Shown: positions 1-10,668 of the stretch, in pieces
How positions within the stretch are numbered: position 1 is the stretch's first letter
Layout: each line of letters starts with the position of its first letter
NCBI GenBank assembly: GCA_963755915.1
Contig: CAVWLP010000003.1
Coordinates: forward strand, 256,001-320,000
Origin: an uncultured Phycisphaerales bacterium
Lineage (GTDB): Bacteria > Planctomycetota > Phycisphaerae > Tepidisphaerales > Tepidisphaeraceae
Length of the DNA: 64,000 bases
Direction: 5' to 3'
Program-made: the position numbers and the translations under genes
Notes under the pieces: generated by a model
The model's database searches: none
What the model saw: the letters and a program-made list of their open reading frames with translations, nothing else
What the model was told of the DNA's origin: nothing

Positions 1-1131
1 GGCAACAACCTCTCCGCCGACGAGCTTCGCGAGGCGGCGGATCACATTCACCACAACGGCCAACTTGCCGGCTATTATCTGAGCCCATTCGTCTGCTGGC
101 CCTCGGGCAATGAAGACCCGCTGGCGCAACCGGTCGATCAGACCGGTCTGACCTTTTCCCAAATCGCCCTGCACGACGAGCAAGGCCGGCCAATTTCGGT
201 GGAAGGAAAGGCGTACGCTCTCGACGCCACTCATCCCGGCACGTTGGAATGGATCGGCCGGCAGATTCGGCAGGCCAGGCAAATGGGCTTCGATTATTTC
301 AAGCTCGATTTCCTCTCCACCGGCGCCATGGAGGGCCGTCATTTCGATCCCCAAATTCTCTCCGGCATCGAGGCATATAACCGCGCAATGCGGTTCATCG
401 TCCAGACAATCGGGCCGGACAAGTTTATCAGCCTGTCGATCGCACCGATGTTTCCCAGCCAGTATGGCCATTCACGCCGAGTCTCCTGCGATATTTACAG
501 CCAGCTCACCGATCTGCATTGGCCGCAATTCCGCAATTTTGGATCGACCGAATATATGTTGAGCTGCGACACCTTTCTCTGGTGGATGGCGGGAAGCGTT
601 TACCCGTTCAATGATCCCGACGAGATCAACCTGACCCGATTTCAGCGCGGCAACGAGCTGCCCGAGGCGTGGGCCAAAACTCGCATTATCTCGGCGGTCG
701 TGTCCGGCGGCAATTTTCTCGATACCGATCCTTTTGACGATCCTTTTGCGGAGAAGCGCGCCGTCGAGCTGCTGACGAACCCGCGTATCGACGCCGTCGC
801 CCGGCAGGGAATTGCATTTCGCCCAGTGATTGGCTCGCTTGGCTCGCAGTGGTCGCCGAACCATACGGGCGCCGATGCCGCCGATATTTTCTATCGTGAC
901 GATTCAGGCGAACGCGGGAAAGCCGTGCTGGTCGCCATCTTCAATTTCGATTCGGATCGTGCCGTGGAAAAGAAATTTTCATTCGATGACATCGGACTGA
1001 GTTCATATCAACATCTTCACATCACCGACCTGTGGACCGGGAATACGATCGAGTGCAATGAAGGGGAACATGCCTGGAAGCTGTCGCCGGGAGAAGCGGC
1101 GTTGGTTCGGATCGCGGCCGACGGCCGATGA
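1..1131 (+). CDS. Alpha-galactosidase-like glycoside hydrolase (clan GH-D, GH27/GH36), 5' end outside window
   Basis: Frame is open from base 1 (GNNLSADELREAADHIH...). Has the GFDYFKLDFL nucleophile motif, RRVSCD acid/base region, NDPD and a C-terminal beta-sandwich (DLWTG). Confidence 0.75.
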   Translation, partial: GNNLSADELREAADHIHHNGQLAGYYLSPFVCWPSGNEDPLAQPVDQTGLTFSQIALHDEQGRPISVEGKAYALDATHPGTLEWIGRQIRQARQMGFDYFKLDFLSTGAMEGRHFDPQILSGIEAYNRAMRFIVQTIGPDKFISLSIAPMFPSQYGHSRRVSCDIYSQLTDLHWPQFRNFGSTEYMLSCDTFLWWMAGSVYPFNDPDEINLTRFQRGNELPEAWAKTRIISAVVSGGNFLDTDPFDDPFAEKRAVELLTNPRIDAVARQGIAFRPVIGSLGSQWSPNHTGADAADIFYRDDSGERGKAVLVAIFNFDSDRAVEKKFSFDDIGLSSYQHLHITDLWTGNTIECNEGEHAWKLSPGEAALVRIAADGR

Positions 1132-1141
1132 ACCCGACAAT

Positions 1142-4100
1142 TCAGATCACCGCGGCGCGGACGGGCTCGGAGGGGACATCCTCGGAAAATTCTCGCAACA
1201 GACCTGCAGCCAGCAACTGGCTGGGATCGCGCTGCAAAATATCTCGAAGCAGATCCTTGGCAATCTCATGCTCGCCTAATCCGATTTGCGCTGCGCCTCC
1301 AGAAGCATGGCATTGACCCGCTGTCGCGCCGCCAGATCATCCTCGAACAACAGCATCGCGGGCAGAGAGGTGGCGAAGTAGTCAATTTTTGGGTCGCTGG
1401 CGGCGAGTGTTTTGGCGTAGGTGAGCAGTTCTTCAAAGAGCCTTTCCGCCTCGGCCGCGCGGCCCAGCCGCTGCATCGCCATCGCGGAAAAATAGGTCAT
1501 TTCCGAGTACTGGCGGACGCTCATTTCCTGGAAATCGCCCCGCGCCTGCGCGGCGAAGAGGAAATACTTTCTCGCGGCTGATTCGTCACAGACGGCCTGG
1601 CAGGCAACACCCTGCCAGTAGTGCACGTTATTTCGGTTGGCCAGAAGATGTTTCGTTTCGCCAAGGTTAGGCGGACTCTGCAAGGCCTGTGCAAAATGGC
1701 GCCTCGCCGCATCGGGATGCTCGGACTTGAGCGCCATTTTTCCCAGGGCCAGATGCGCGTGAACAAACTGGGACAGCGCCAGACCTTCACCCCCCTCCCA
1801 AGGTTGAAATTGCCGGGAATTGAGGATTCGCAGCGATTCATCATGGCGGCCGGCAAGGTTCAGCAGCTCGCAAAATTCCACGGACAGATCATCGCGCGAC
1901 GACACAAGCTGCGGATATTTTTCCAGCTCCACCAGCCGTTTCCCCGGCGCAATGCCCAGGCGTTTGGAGAGCTGATCGCGCTCAAATAACAGCCGCGCGT
2001 CGCCGGCGCCATACTCCCAGGCACGGTCGTATGCATCGCGCGCCGCGGCAAAATCGCGGCGATGATTGAAATAGGCGATGCCGAGATTTCGCCACGTCAT
2101 CGCATTACGCGGATTAATTGCGGCGGCCTTTTCCCACATCTCGATAGCGTCGGCCCGCCGGCCGCGATCGTAATAGAGCGTGCCGAGCAGGTATGGCGCA
2201 TGGGCATCGGCGGGACTTGCCCGCATCGCCGATTGGAGAATCAATATCTCCTCGAGCCTGGCGGGAAAGCAGTAATCAATCGATCCGAATGCAGCTTCGG
2301 CAAAGTGCTTTGCCGCCATCGATGCATCGCCAAGCGACTGGCTGAAATACGCACGGTAATAATGCGCCAGGGCCTGCGCCCCGCTGAAGGGTTCGACAGA
2401 CATGTCATCGAGCATATGGATTGCTTCAGCGAAGAATCCCGCGCAGAGAGATTGATCGCCAGATCGAGTTTCACCTGTCCGTCACAGCCCAGCGGCTCGT
2501 TGACCAGCCAGCGCGCCCAGAAATCCAGCGGATCGATCCGCAGTGTCTGTCTCGCCAGAGCGTCGGCTTCCTCCGCGCGATCGAGCTTGCGGAGCACCAT
2601 GACCATCAGATCGCGGGCGTTTAGATGATCCAGCTCCGCGGCCAGCGCGCGGTCGAGGTGGTCCCGCGCGATCTCCCAGCGCTGCGCGCGACAATCGATC
2701 TCCGCCAGCGCAAAAAATGCCGGCGCACGCCAGGCTGCATTCCAGATCGATTTATAAAACGAGTCGTACGCTTCCTTCTCGCGGCCCAGATAACGCAACG
2801 TCAGACCCAGGTTGTAGAATGGTTCGCCGTCGTATGGATTTGGGTTGCGGCTGGTCAAACGACTAATCGCGGCTCGAAAATGCTGCTCGGCCTTCTCGAA
2901 CTCGCCGCGGCGCAGATGCCAGCGGCCCAGTGCGTTGTTGCATCGACTGTCCAACGGATCGCGCCGCAGCGCCTCCCGCCAATACGGCTCTGGTGAGCGG
3001 GTGGCATGCCGATATTGCTCCAGATGAAGTCCAGTCGTGAACAGCTCATCACAGCTGGCGATTTCCGCGGGCAGGGGCGACTCGGAGGCCGCGGGGGGAG
3101 CGGCGCCGGTTGGTATCGTGCCAGGCGCGAATTTCAGGATCGTGCGCGCCCCCTGCTTCAGCTCAAGCTCCAGATCATTTCTTGAGACTCCCGGCGGTAG
3201 CTGCAAATCATCCTGAATGAGCGGCTGGTCCGGCGCCAGCATCGCTGCCTGCCGCCAGAGAGTTTGCGATCCTGCACGCAAAACTGCTTCGATTTCCATT
3301 GTTGAGGTAACGCCGATGCCGATTCGGGCCCGATCACGATCGACGCGAACGCTGCATGCCGCATCAAGATTCGCCCAATCGGCCGGTCCGATCTGGCGTA
3401 TCGGGTACCAATACTGGCTGAAAGACTTGGTTTCGCCAGGCATAAGGAAAGAAAAGTCCGGCTGATTGTCGGTGTAGACGCCCGCCATGAGTTCGATATA
3501 CGGCGCTTCATCGTCGCTTAGGTTGCGATCCCACGTGTACCCGAAATCGTGATTCCCCCAGGTCCACTGTTTTTTCCCGGGCGAAATGTGATGGTCGGCG
3601 ATGTGAATGATCCCTGCGTCAGCGGCGTGATCGTACCCGCCAAAAAAATCGCCCTGCGAGCCGACGCACATATAACTTGTCGGCACAGGAATGTTCGCAT
3701 ACCAGGAAAGGTCGTTCGCAGCGTATCGATTTGCGGACGGAACGTGCCGTGACGGCAATTCGTCTTGGGGCACTCCGTCTCTCGCTCGGCTGGCGTAATC
3801 CACGCCATAATATTTCCCGTCACACAAGGGATAGCTGCTCGTAGCCCGCTTGGCGTGGTCAGCAATTCCCTGCACGTCTGCGGGAAAAAACGACTGATAC
3901 AGCTCATGCACCTTCGTCGCTGCGTTCGCCCACCACAAAAACGTCTGCACCATCGGCGTGCGGTTGTACAGTTGGACTTTCAGCTCGACGAATGATTTTC
4001 CAGGATGAAGGCAAACACCGTGCATTCCCTTCATCCGGCCAATCGGGTCGTGCTCACTCATCCAAACCGTAACGCTGCCGTCGGCATGTGATTCGATGGA

Positions 4101-4511
4101 CGTGTCCACCGGCATGAACGTGCTGGGGCGATGATGCTGTGGCCAGTTGAATTCGATCCCACCACTGATCCACGGTCCCGCCAGGCCCACCAGCGCCGGC
4201 TTGATCACGTCGTGGCGGTAGATCGCATCGTAGTCGTTGGTCTTGTCAAGGATGGCATGAATCCGTCCCCCAATCTCGGGGAGGAGCATCACCTGGATAT
4301 ATTCGTTTTCCAGGAAAATCGCCCGCCAGGCACGGTCGGATTTGCTCGTACTAACGCGATCCGTAAACGGCAGGGGATATACCTTTCCAGAGCTGCCTTG
4401 ATATACGCGCTTGTCCAGGAACATGGGCTGGCGCAAGGGTGCGTACGGTTCATAGGTCGGTATGAGGACCGACTCATTCCACACCTCAACCGCTCGCGCA
4501 TCGCTCGTCAT
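1142..4511 (-). CDS. DUF5107 + TPR-repeat protein (YphG-like), two frameshifts
   Basis: Motifs RVYQGSSGKVYPLP, GPWISGGIEFNWPQHHRP and ELMAGVYTDNQPDF, then TPRs. ORFs 2241-4592 and 1276-2415 join near 2430; a second shift near 1290 gives ...AQIGLGEHEIAKDLL...AVI*. Confidence 0.85.
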
Positions 4512-4674
4512 CGCCAACTCCTGGCCAATTCCGGCCAAATTGCCAAAGGCACAGTACTCGGCAGATGCGGGGGTGTCGTTTTCGTTTCGCATCTTAAGAT
4601 TTCATTTTTTCGTCACGTTGCGGTAAAATACGCCTTGGGGGTCGGAGCCGTTTCGCGAGGGTTGCGCGATTTCT

Positions 4675-5860
4675 ATGCGACGTCGCCCGCGTGTAATCCT
4701 GCTGATCGAGCCGGGCCTATGGCCGCGGCTGCCTGCAGGGGATTGCCGCATACGTGCGGGTCCGGGGGCCATGGTCATGCCTCCATCTGGAGCGTGGACT
4801 GGCAGAAGGGGTGCCGGCGTGGATGGAGCGGCTGCCCGCGGACGGCATTATCGCGCGCATTGAAAATGCCGCTCTCGCCACTTTTCTGCAGCACCGGCGT
4901 CTCCCCACAGTCGATTTGCGCGGCCGGTTCAACATTCCCGGTTTCGCCATGTTCGACAGCGACCATGATGCAATCGTGCGCCTGGCGGTCGAGCATTTCC
5001 TGGAGCGCGGCTTTCGCCATATCGGATTCTGCGGCTTCGCGGGATTGGACTTTTCCGACCGCCGCCGCGATGCGCTGATCCGTCTGCTGGCGAAACATGG
5101 GCTGGTTCCGCTGATGTATGAAATGACGGACGTTGCGGCCAGTGCCAGCACTGTCACCCTTGAATCGGCCGGCTCACGACATCTCAGGGAGCTGGCCGCG
5201 TGGTTGAAGCGACTGCCAAAGCCCGCTGCGATTCTGGCCTGCAACGACAGCCGCGGCCGACAGGTGCTGGACGCGTGCGCGGCCGCTGAATTAGCGGTAC
5301 CGGAGCAGATTGCGGTTGTCGGAGTAGACAACGACGAGGTGCTCTGTGATCTTTCCGACCCACCGCTCAGCAGTGTGCAGCCTGACGCCATGCGCATTGG
5401 GTTCGACGGGGCGGCGGCCCTCGATCGCATGATCCGACTGGGTAAGCCCGCGCCCTGCCGCGTGCGCCTCGTTTCACCCCGACAACTGGTCGTGCGCAGA
5501 TCCTCAGACGTGCTGGCGATAAACGATCCCGTGGTGTCGTCGGCGCTCCAGATCATTCAACGGGAGGCATGCACCGGATTGAACGTCGAAAAACTCCTCG
5601 ATCAAATGACGATTTCCCGTGCAACGCTGGAGCGGCGGTTCGAGCGATTTCTTGGCCGCTCGCCAAAAGATGAAATTCTTCGCTTGCGGCTGAACCGCGT
5701 GCGCTTACAGCTCGCAGAGAGCGAAGATACACTGGCACAGATCGCTGAGGCAACGGGATTCAGCAGCGTCGCACATCTGAGCGTGGCGTTCAAAAACGCA
5801 ACGTCGCTTTCTCCGGGCGAATTCCGGCGCCGCCACCGGCCTGCCGCCAAACAACATTGA
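4675..5860 (+). CDS. XylR-type transcriptional regulator (sugar-binding domain + AraC HTH), frameshift near 4715
   Basis: MRRRPRVILLIEPG joins YGRGCLQGIAAYV. Has VPEQIAVVGVDND and a C-terminal AraC HTH (SRATLERRF...IAEATGFSS). Confidence 0.88.
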
Positions 5861-5921
5861 CGAAAAAATATAATGCACTGACAAAGTTTCATATTGTCGC
5901 TCAATCAGCCGTTGATATCGT
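5858..5921 (+). promoter_or_regulatory. Candidate XylR/AraC-type site (TGAC at 21-bp period) followed by TTGTCG-16-TATCGT
   Basis: TGACGAAAAAAT at 5858-5869 recurs exactly on the minus strand at 4604-4615, upstream of the DUF5107 gene. Confidence 0.5.
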
Positions 5922-5939
5922 TTGAGCAGGAGCGTTGTA

Positions 5940-8139
5940 GTGAGACTTGCACATCTCGCGGCGATCATCATTTGTCTCATGGCCCGCACGGATTTATTTG
6001 CCCAGGACACTCAGCCGATTACGCAGGCGCAGGAAGCCGGCTCCATGGTGTGGAAAATCCGCACCGCCAGTTCGCTATATGAAATCGGGCTCGCCAGCGA
6101 CGGCATTGTGGTGCCGCTCTACTACGGTCCGCGGGATGGGCCGATCAACCTGCCGACGGATCGCCTCAATGTCGACGCGAAGATCGGCAGCACCATGCGG
6201 GAGGTTCCGTTCCGCGGCGGCCTCGGTGAACAGGTGCCGGCGATCGAAGTCGTCTATCCAGACGGCGTGCGGGATGCGGATTTGGTCTACGATTCCTCAT
6301 CCATTGTGCAGATCGAGAACCAGCCGGCATTGCAAATCAATCTGAAGGATGCGGCTTATGGATTGAGGGTCAGCGCCTATTACCGCGTGCTGCCCGAGCT
6401 GGATCTCATGCAGCGATGGATCGTGCTGAGCAACGGGGGCAACCGGCCGATCACGGTGGAAAACGCGCAGTCCGCGTCGTGTCAGCTCCCTGCGGGAGAA
6501 TACGAGTTGATGCATCTGGCCGGCGATTGGGCGCGTGAGTTTATGCCGCAAACGGCGCGGCTCACGCCGGGCGTTAAGACCCTGCAATCGCGAAATTTCC
6601 AATCGTTCGCCACGCCGCCCTGGATCGCGGTCTGCGCGGCCGGCGCGGACGAAACCCGCGGCGGCGTCTTTTTCGCCTCGCTCCACTACAGCGGCAACTG
6701 GCGGCTGGATATCGCTCAAAGCTTTCCAGGCGACGTGCAGATCGTCGGTGGAATCAATTTCTGGGACACCGCGCTTCAGCTCGATCCCGGCGAAACATTT
6801 ACCACGCCGAGGATGGTCATCGGGTTTTCTCCCGATGGTATCCAAGGCGCTTCGCGACGGATGCATGAATACGTGCGGCAGGATGTTCTACCGGCGAATT
6901 TTCGCAACAAAATCCGTCCCGTCATTTACAACAGTTGGTTCGCCACCACGTTCAATGTTCATGAGCAGCAACAGGTCGAGCTGGCGAAACTCGCCAGCCA
7001 AATCGGCGTGGAATTGTTCGTAGTGGACGACGGCTGGTTCAAGGGCCGGAACGACGATCACGCGGGCCTGGGGGATTGGAGCCCCGATCCAAATAAATTT
7101 CCCAACGGTCTGGGGCCGATGATCAAGCAGATCAACGATCTCGGCATGGACTTCGGCATCTGGGTTGAACCGGAAATGGTGAATCCCAACAGCGATCTTT
7201 ATCGTGCGCATCCCGACTGGGTCTTCAATTATCCCACTCGCACGCGGCACGAACAGCGGAACCAGCTCATGCTCAATTTGGCTAGGCAGGATGTCTACGA
7301 CTATCTGCTCGACGCGATGACAAAATTGCTTTCTCAAAACAACATCAAATTCATCAAGTGGGATCGGAATCGCGGCCTCAGCGAGCCGGGCTGGCCCGAT
7401 GCGGCTCCCCAGCAGCAGCGGGCGGTGCGAATTTTATACATGCAAAATCTTTACAACTTGATCGATTCGCTACGCGCACGCTTCCCGGAGGTGATGTTCG
7501 AGGACTGCTCCGGCGGCGGTGGGCGCGGACCTGGGGATGCTGCAACGCATGGATCAGATCTGGCCTAGCGACAATACCAATCCGACCGATCGCCTGTTCA
7601 TCCAATCCGGATTTCTGCGGATGTTTCCGCCCAACACCATGGTCGATTGGGTCACCGACGACAACTGGCATCACGCGGCGGTGTCGATGAAATACCGCTT
7701 TGCCGTCTCCATGGCCGGCGTGCTCGGCGTCGGAGGGGACATCGCGAAATGGAGCGAAGATGACCGCGATACTGCGAAAAAAATGATCGCCCTCTATAAG
7801 GAAATCCGTCCCATCATCCAGCAAGGAACCGTTTACCAACTCATGCTTCCTACAACCAGCGATCGCGTCGCTCTCGAGTATCTATCGGCCGATCGAGATC
7901 AGGGCGTCGTGCTGCTCTATACGATGCGCGACCCACTGGCTGGCAGCACGGACGCCGAACAGCTCACGCGCGTCCTGCGATTTGAGGGCTTGGACCCCAA
8001 TGCGTCTTACTCGATTCGAAACGCTCCCGAAGATGGCTCGCAGCAGGTCGCGTCCGGTCGGACGTTGATGAACGTCGGAATGCCCTGGCCAATCTTCAGC
8101 GATTACAATTGCGCCATCCTGCGGCTTCAGAAACAATGA
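5940..8139 (+). CDS. GH36 alpha-galactosidase with signal peptide, frameshift near 7520
   Basis: YNSW, FVVDDGWF, FGIWVEPEMVN, IKWDRNR, EDCSGGG and WPSDNT motifs. GTG start at 5940 follows AGGAG. Confidence 0.92.
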
Positions 8140-8146
8140 AATCGAC

Positions 8147-9217
8147 TCATGATGCGCCTTGCCCGTCCAATGATGGGGCAACGAGGGTGCGCTTGGCGGG
8201 TTCGGCGGGATTGGCGATGCGGCGGATCAGCCGCTCGAATGCCGCCCGGCCAATCGCTTCTGAGCCGATATCGATGCTGATAGGTTCGGGAATCAACGCG
8301 GCGCGGCGCAGATATTCGTTGGTGACCGTCGCCACCATTAGATCGCGGCCCGGGACGATCTTGTTTTGATACAGCAGCGGATAGACCTGCGCCGCCAGCA
8401 GATCGGTCGGCAGAAACAGGCCAGGTTTCGTTTCCGGCGCGATTTTTCCGGCCAGGATTTGGGCAAGCTGCTCCAGGCTGTCGCCGACGGATAAATGAGA
8501 GCCAAATGAATCCAGAACCAGCGCATCGCGGCGCCGGAGGATAAAATGCACCAGGCTGGAATCTTCTGCGGCGGCGTGCGAAAAGGCCTGGCAACGGCCC
8601 CGCATCGGTTCACGTTCCGGCTGATCGCATAAACAGAAGAATTGTCCGCAGCCGACGCCGGCGAGCTTCTGATACGCGAGGCATCCAATCGCCGCGTCGT
8701 CGGCCCACACCTGCTCAACCTTCACCGTCGAAGCCAATACCGCTGCACTGGCGATCCATACCAGCGGCACAAAATCGGCGCATCGTTGGAAGATTACTTT
8801 CGATGTTTCAGGTTCAGCCAAAACAATAGCGCCGGCGGCGCCGCGGTTTTGCAGCAGATTCGCAATGTCACAGTGCGCGGGATCCAATTCTTCCAGCAGA
8901 ACACGCATTTTCGCCTGCCGGGCGGCGCCGGTGATGCCTGCCAGGACTCCTCCCATCGCGGGTTGTTCCAACCACCGCAGGCTCTTACCAACGGCCAGAA
9001 CGGCGATCTGGTTTGGCCGGGACCCACTCGTGCGCGGGCCGATCTTCGGCCCCCGGCGCACCGTTGGCAGCGAATATCCCAACTGCTGCATCGCCGCATG
9101 GACGCGGTCGGCGGTTTCGGTGCGCACACTTCCTGGGGCGTTCAACACCCGGGAGACGGTCGCGGTAGAAACCTCAGCAATTCTCGCAACATCGACGATC
9201 GACATTGTCGCTCTCAT
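8147..9217 (-). CDS. LacI-family transcriptional regulator
   Basis: N-terminal HTH SIVDVARIAEVSTATVSRVLN followed by a periplasmic-binding-like domain. Confidence 0.9.
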   Translation of the reverse strand: MRATMSIVDVARIAEVSTATVSRVLNAPGSVRTETADRVHAAMQQLGYSLPTVRRGPKIGPRTSGSRPNQIAVLAVGKSLRWLEQPAMGGVLAGITGAARQAKMRVLLEELDPAHCDIANLLQNRGAAGAIVLAEPETSKVIFQRCADFVPLVWIASAAVLASTVKVEQVWADDAAIGCLAYQKLAGVGCGQFFCLCDQPEREPMRGRCQAFSHAAAEDSSLVHFILRRRDALVLDSFGSHLSVGDSLEQLAQILAGKIAPETKPGLFLPTDLLAAQVYPLLYQNKIVPGRDLMVATVTNEYLRRAALIPEPISIDIGSEAIGRAAFERLIRRIANPAEPAKRTLVAPSLDGQGAS

Positions 9218-9725
9218 TATCGTCGCTTTGTTACCTGATTTGGCCTCGCGATGCGACTCACTACCCCCGCCGCGGTACAGTCGATTTTCCGGCCAACTTC
9301 AGGCATCAATTCGACGATCCTTTAAAAATCTGCACTTCAAATTCGAATCCTCCGCCGCCGCTCGGAGAAACCGAGCAACTGGCGACGAGGCGAAAGTCTC
9401 AAAAAATCCGAGGTTCTCGGATGAGCAAGCCGAACGACCTGTCGGCAAAGCCAACGATCCGGCCGCGATTGACAAATTTTCAGCGGCTAACGTGTTAGTG
9501 TCCATGGCGTTGACTGCGGCACTATCTAAATCGCCACCGGTTCCGCCCTGGCAAGCACCAGAGCTTCAAACAGCATAATCTCTTTGCACCGGCAAGCCAA
9601 TGAAAATTTGAAAATTTTATATAATTTGATTTATTTTGTCATTTAGCCGGTTAGATTAATCGAACCGCGCTAAGAATTTCATTTGGAGCTTGCAGGAGGG
9701 CGCGGTGGCCTCGGAGGAGTCTTTC

Positions 9726-10622
9726 ATGTCCAACGCTTTCCGAAAAAGCGACCTGCCACGACTCGGATTTACACTCGTCGAACTCCTCGTCGTGATCGCC
9801 ATTATTGCCCTGCTGATTTCCATCTTGTTGCCGGCTCTCAACAAGGCCCGCTACCAGGCCATCGTCACCCAGTGCGAATCCAACGAGCGGCAACTCGGCG
9901 CGGCAATGATCATGTACGCCGGCGACAACAGCGGATTTCTCCCTCGCTTTGATCTGCCCACCGGGTACGGCGCGGGCAACCTCTCTGACCTGCTGGGCGA
10001 CGGCGCTGGCACCAACCTTCAAATTAGCTGCGCCACCGGCTTCTATGGTTATCTCAATTCCCTTTATAAAGTGACGCAGCCCATCTTCTTCTGCCCGGCG
10101 GGCAACACTGACACTTACAATACGATCTTCACTGAGTACAACACCGGCACTTTTCCCATGCAGGCGATTTCCTATGCCGTCTGGGTGCCGCACATCAGCG
10201 ATGGCGTAGAAGTGCCGCCCGTCTATTACAGCTATCCACCCCCCATATCTTCTGTAGCATGGTCGGGCACAGGCCCGCCCGTAGTCCCCCCCTCCGGCGC
10301 CGTTTCCAACAAGCTGATCATTATGTACAAGGCGGCGCCCATCCATGCCCCGATCAAGCTTGGCGACAAGGGGCTGACTGCAAATCCGATGCTGACCGAT
10401 GCCGTTTACCTCAGTCAAAACGTCGATTTCGCCGACCACGGCACGGCTATCAATTTCACGACCGTGCCCCAGATCAATTATCAGACGCAATACGGCGGCC
10501 ATTACCGCGGAGGAGTTTTGGAATCGGTCAACGCCTGCTATGTCGATGGGCACGTTGATCGCATCCCGGCCGCACAGGTGCAAGTGCGCTACGGAAGCCT
10601 CAATGCATGGGTTTGCCGGTGA
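9726..10622 (+). CDS. Prepilin-type N-terminal cleavage/methylation protein with H-Xn-DGHV C-terminal motif (DUF1559-like)
   Basis: [29 protein letters not shown], CxSNxRQ, FFCP and a C-terminal GHY...[10 protein letters not shown]. Confidence 0.9.
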   Translation: MSNAFRKSDLPRLGFTLVELLVVIAIIALLISILLPALNKARYQAIVTQCESNERQLGAAMIMYAGDNSGFLPRFDLPTGYGAGNLSDLLGDGAGTNLQISCATGFYGYLNSLYKVTQPIFFCPAGNTDTYNTIFTEYNTGTFPMQAISYAVWVPHISDGVEVPPVYYSYPPPISSVAWSGTGPPVVPPSGAVSNKLIIMYKAAPIHAPIKLGDKGLTANPMLTDAVYLSQNVDFADHGTAINFTTVPQINYQTQYGGHYRGGVLESVNACYVDGHVDRIPAAQVQVRYGSLNAWVCR

Positions 10623-10668
10623 ATAGTTAAATCTGCGAACAACACATTCTTGATGTGGAGGATAGAAA

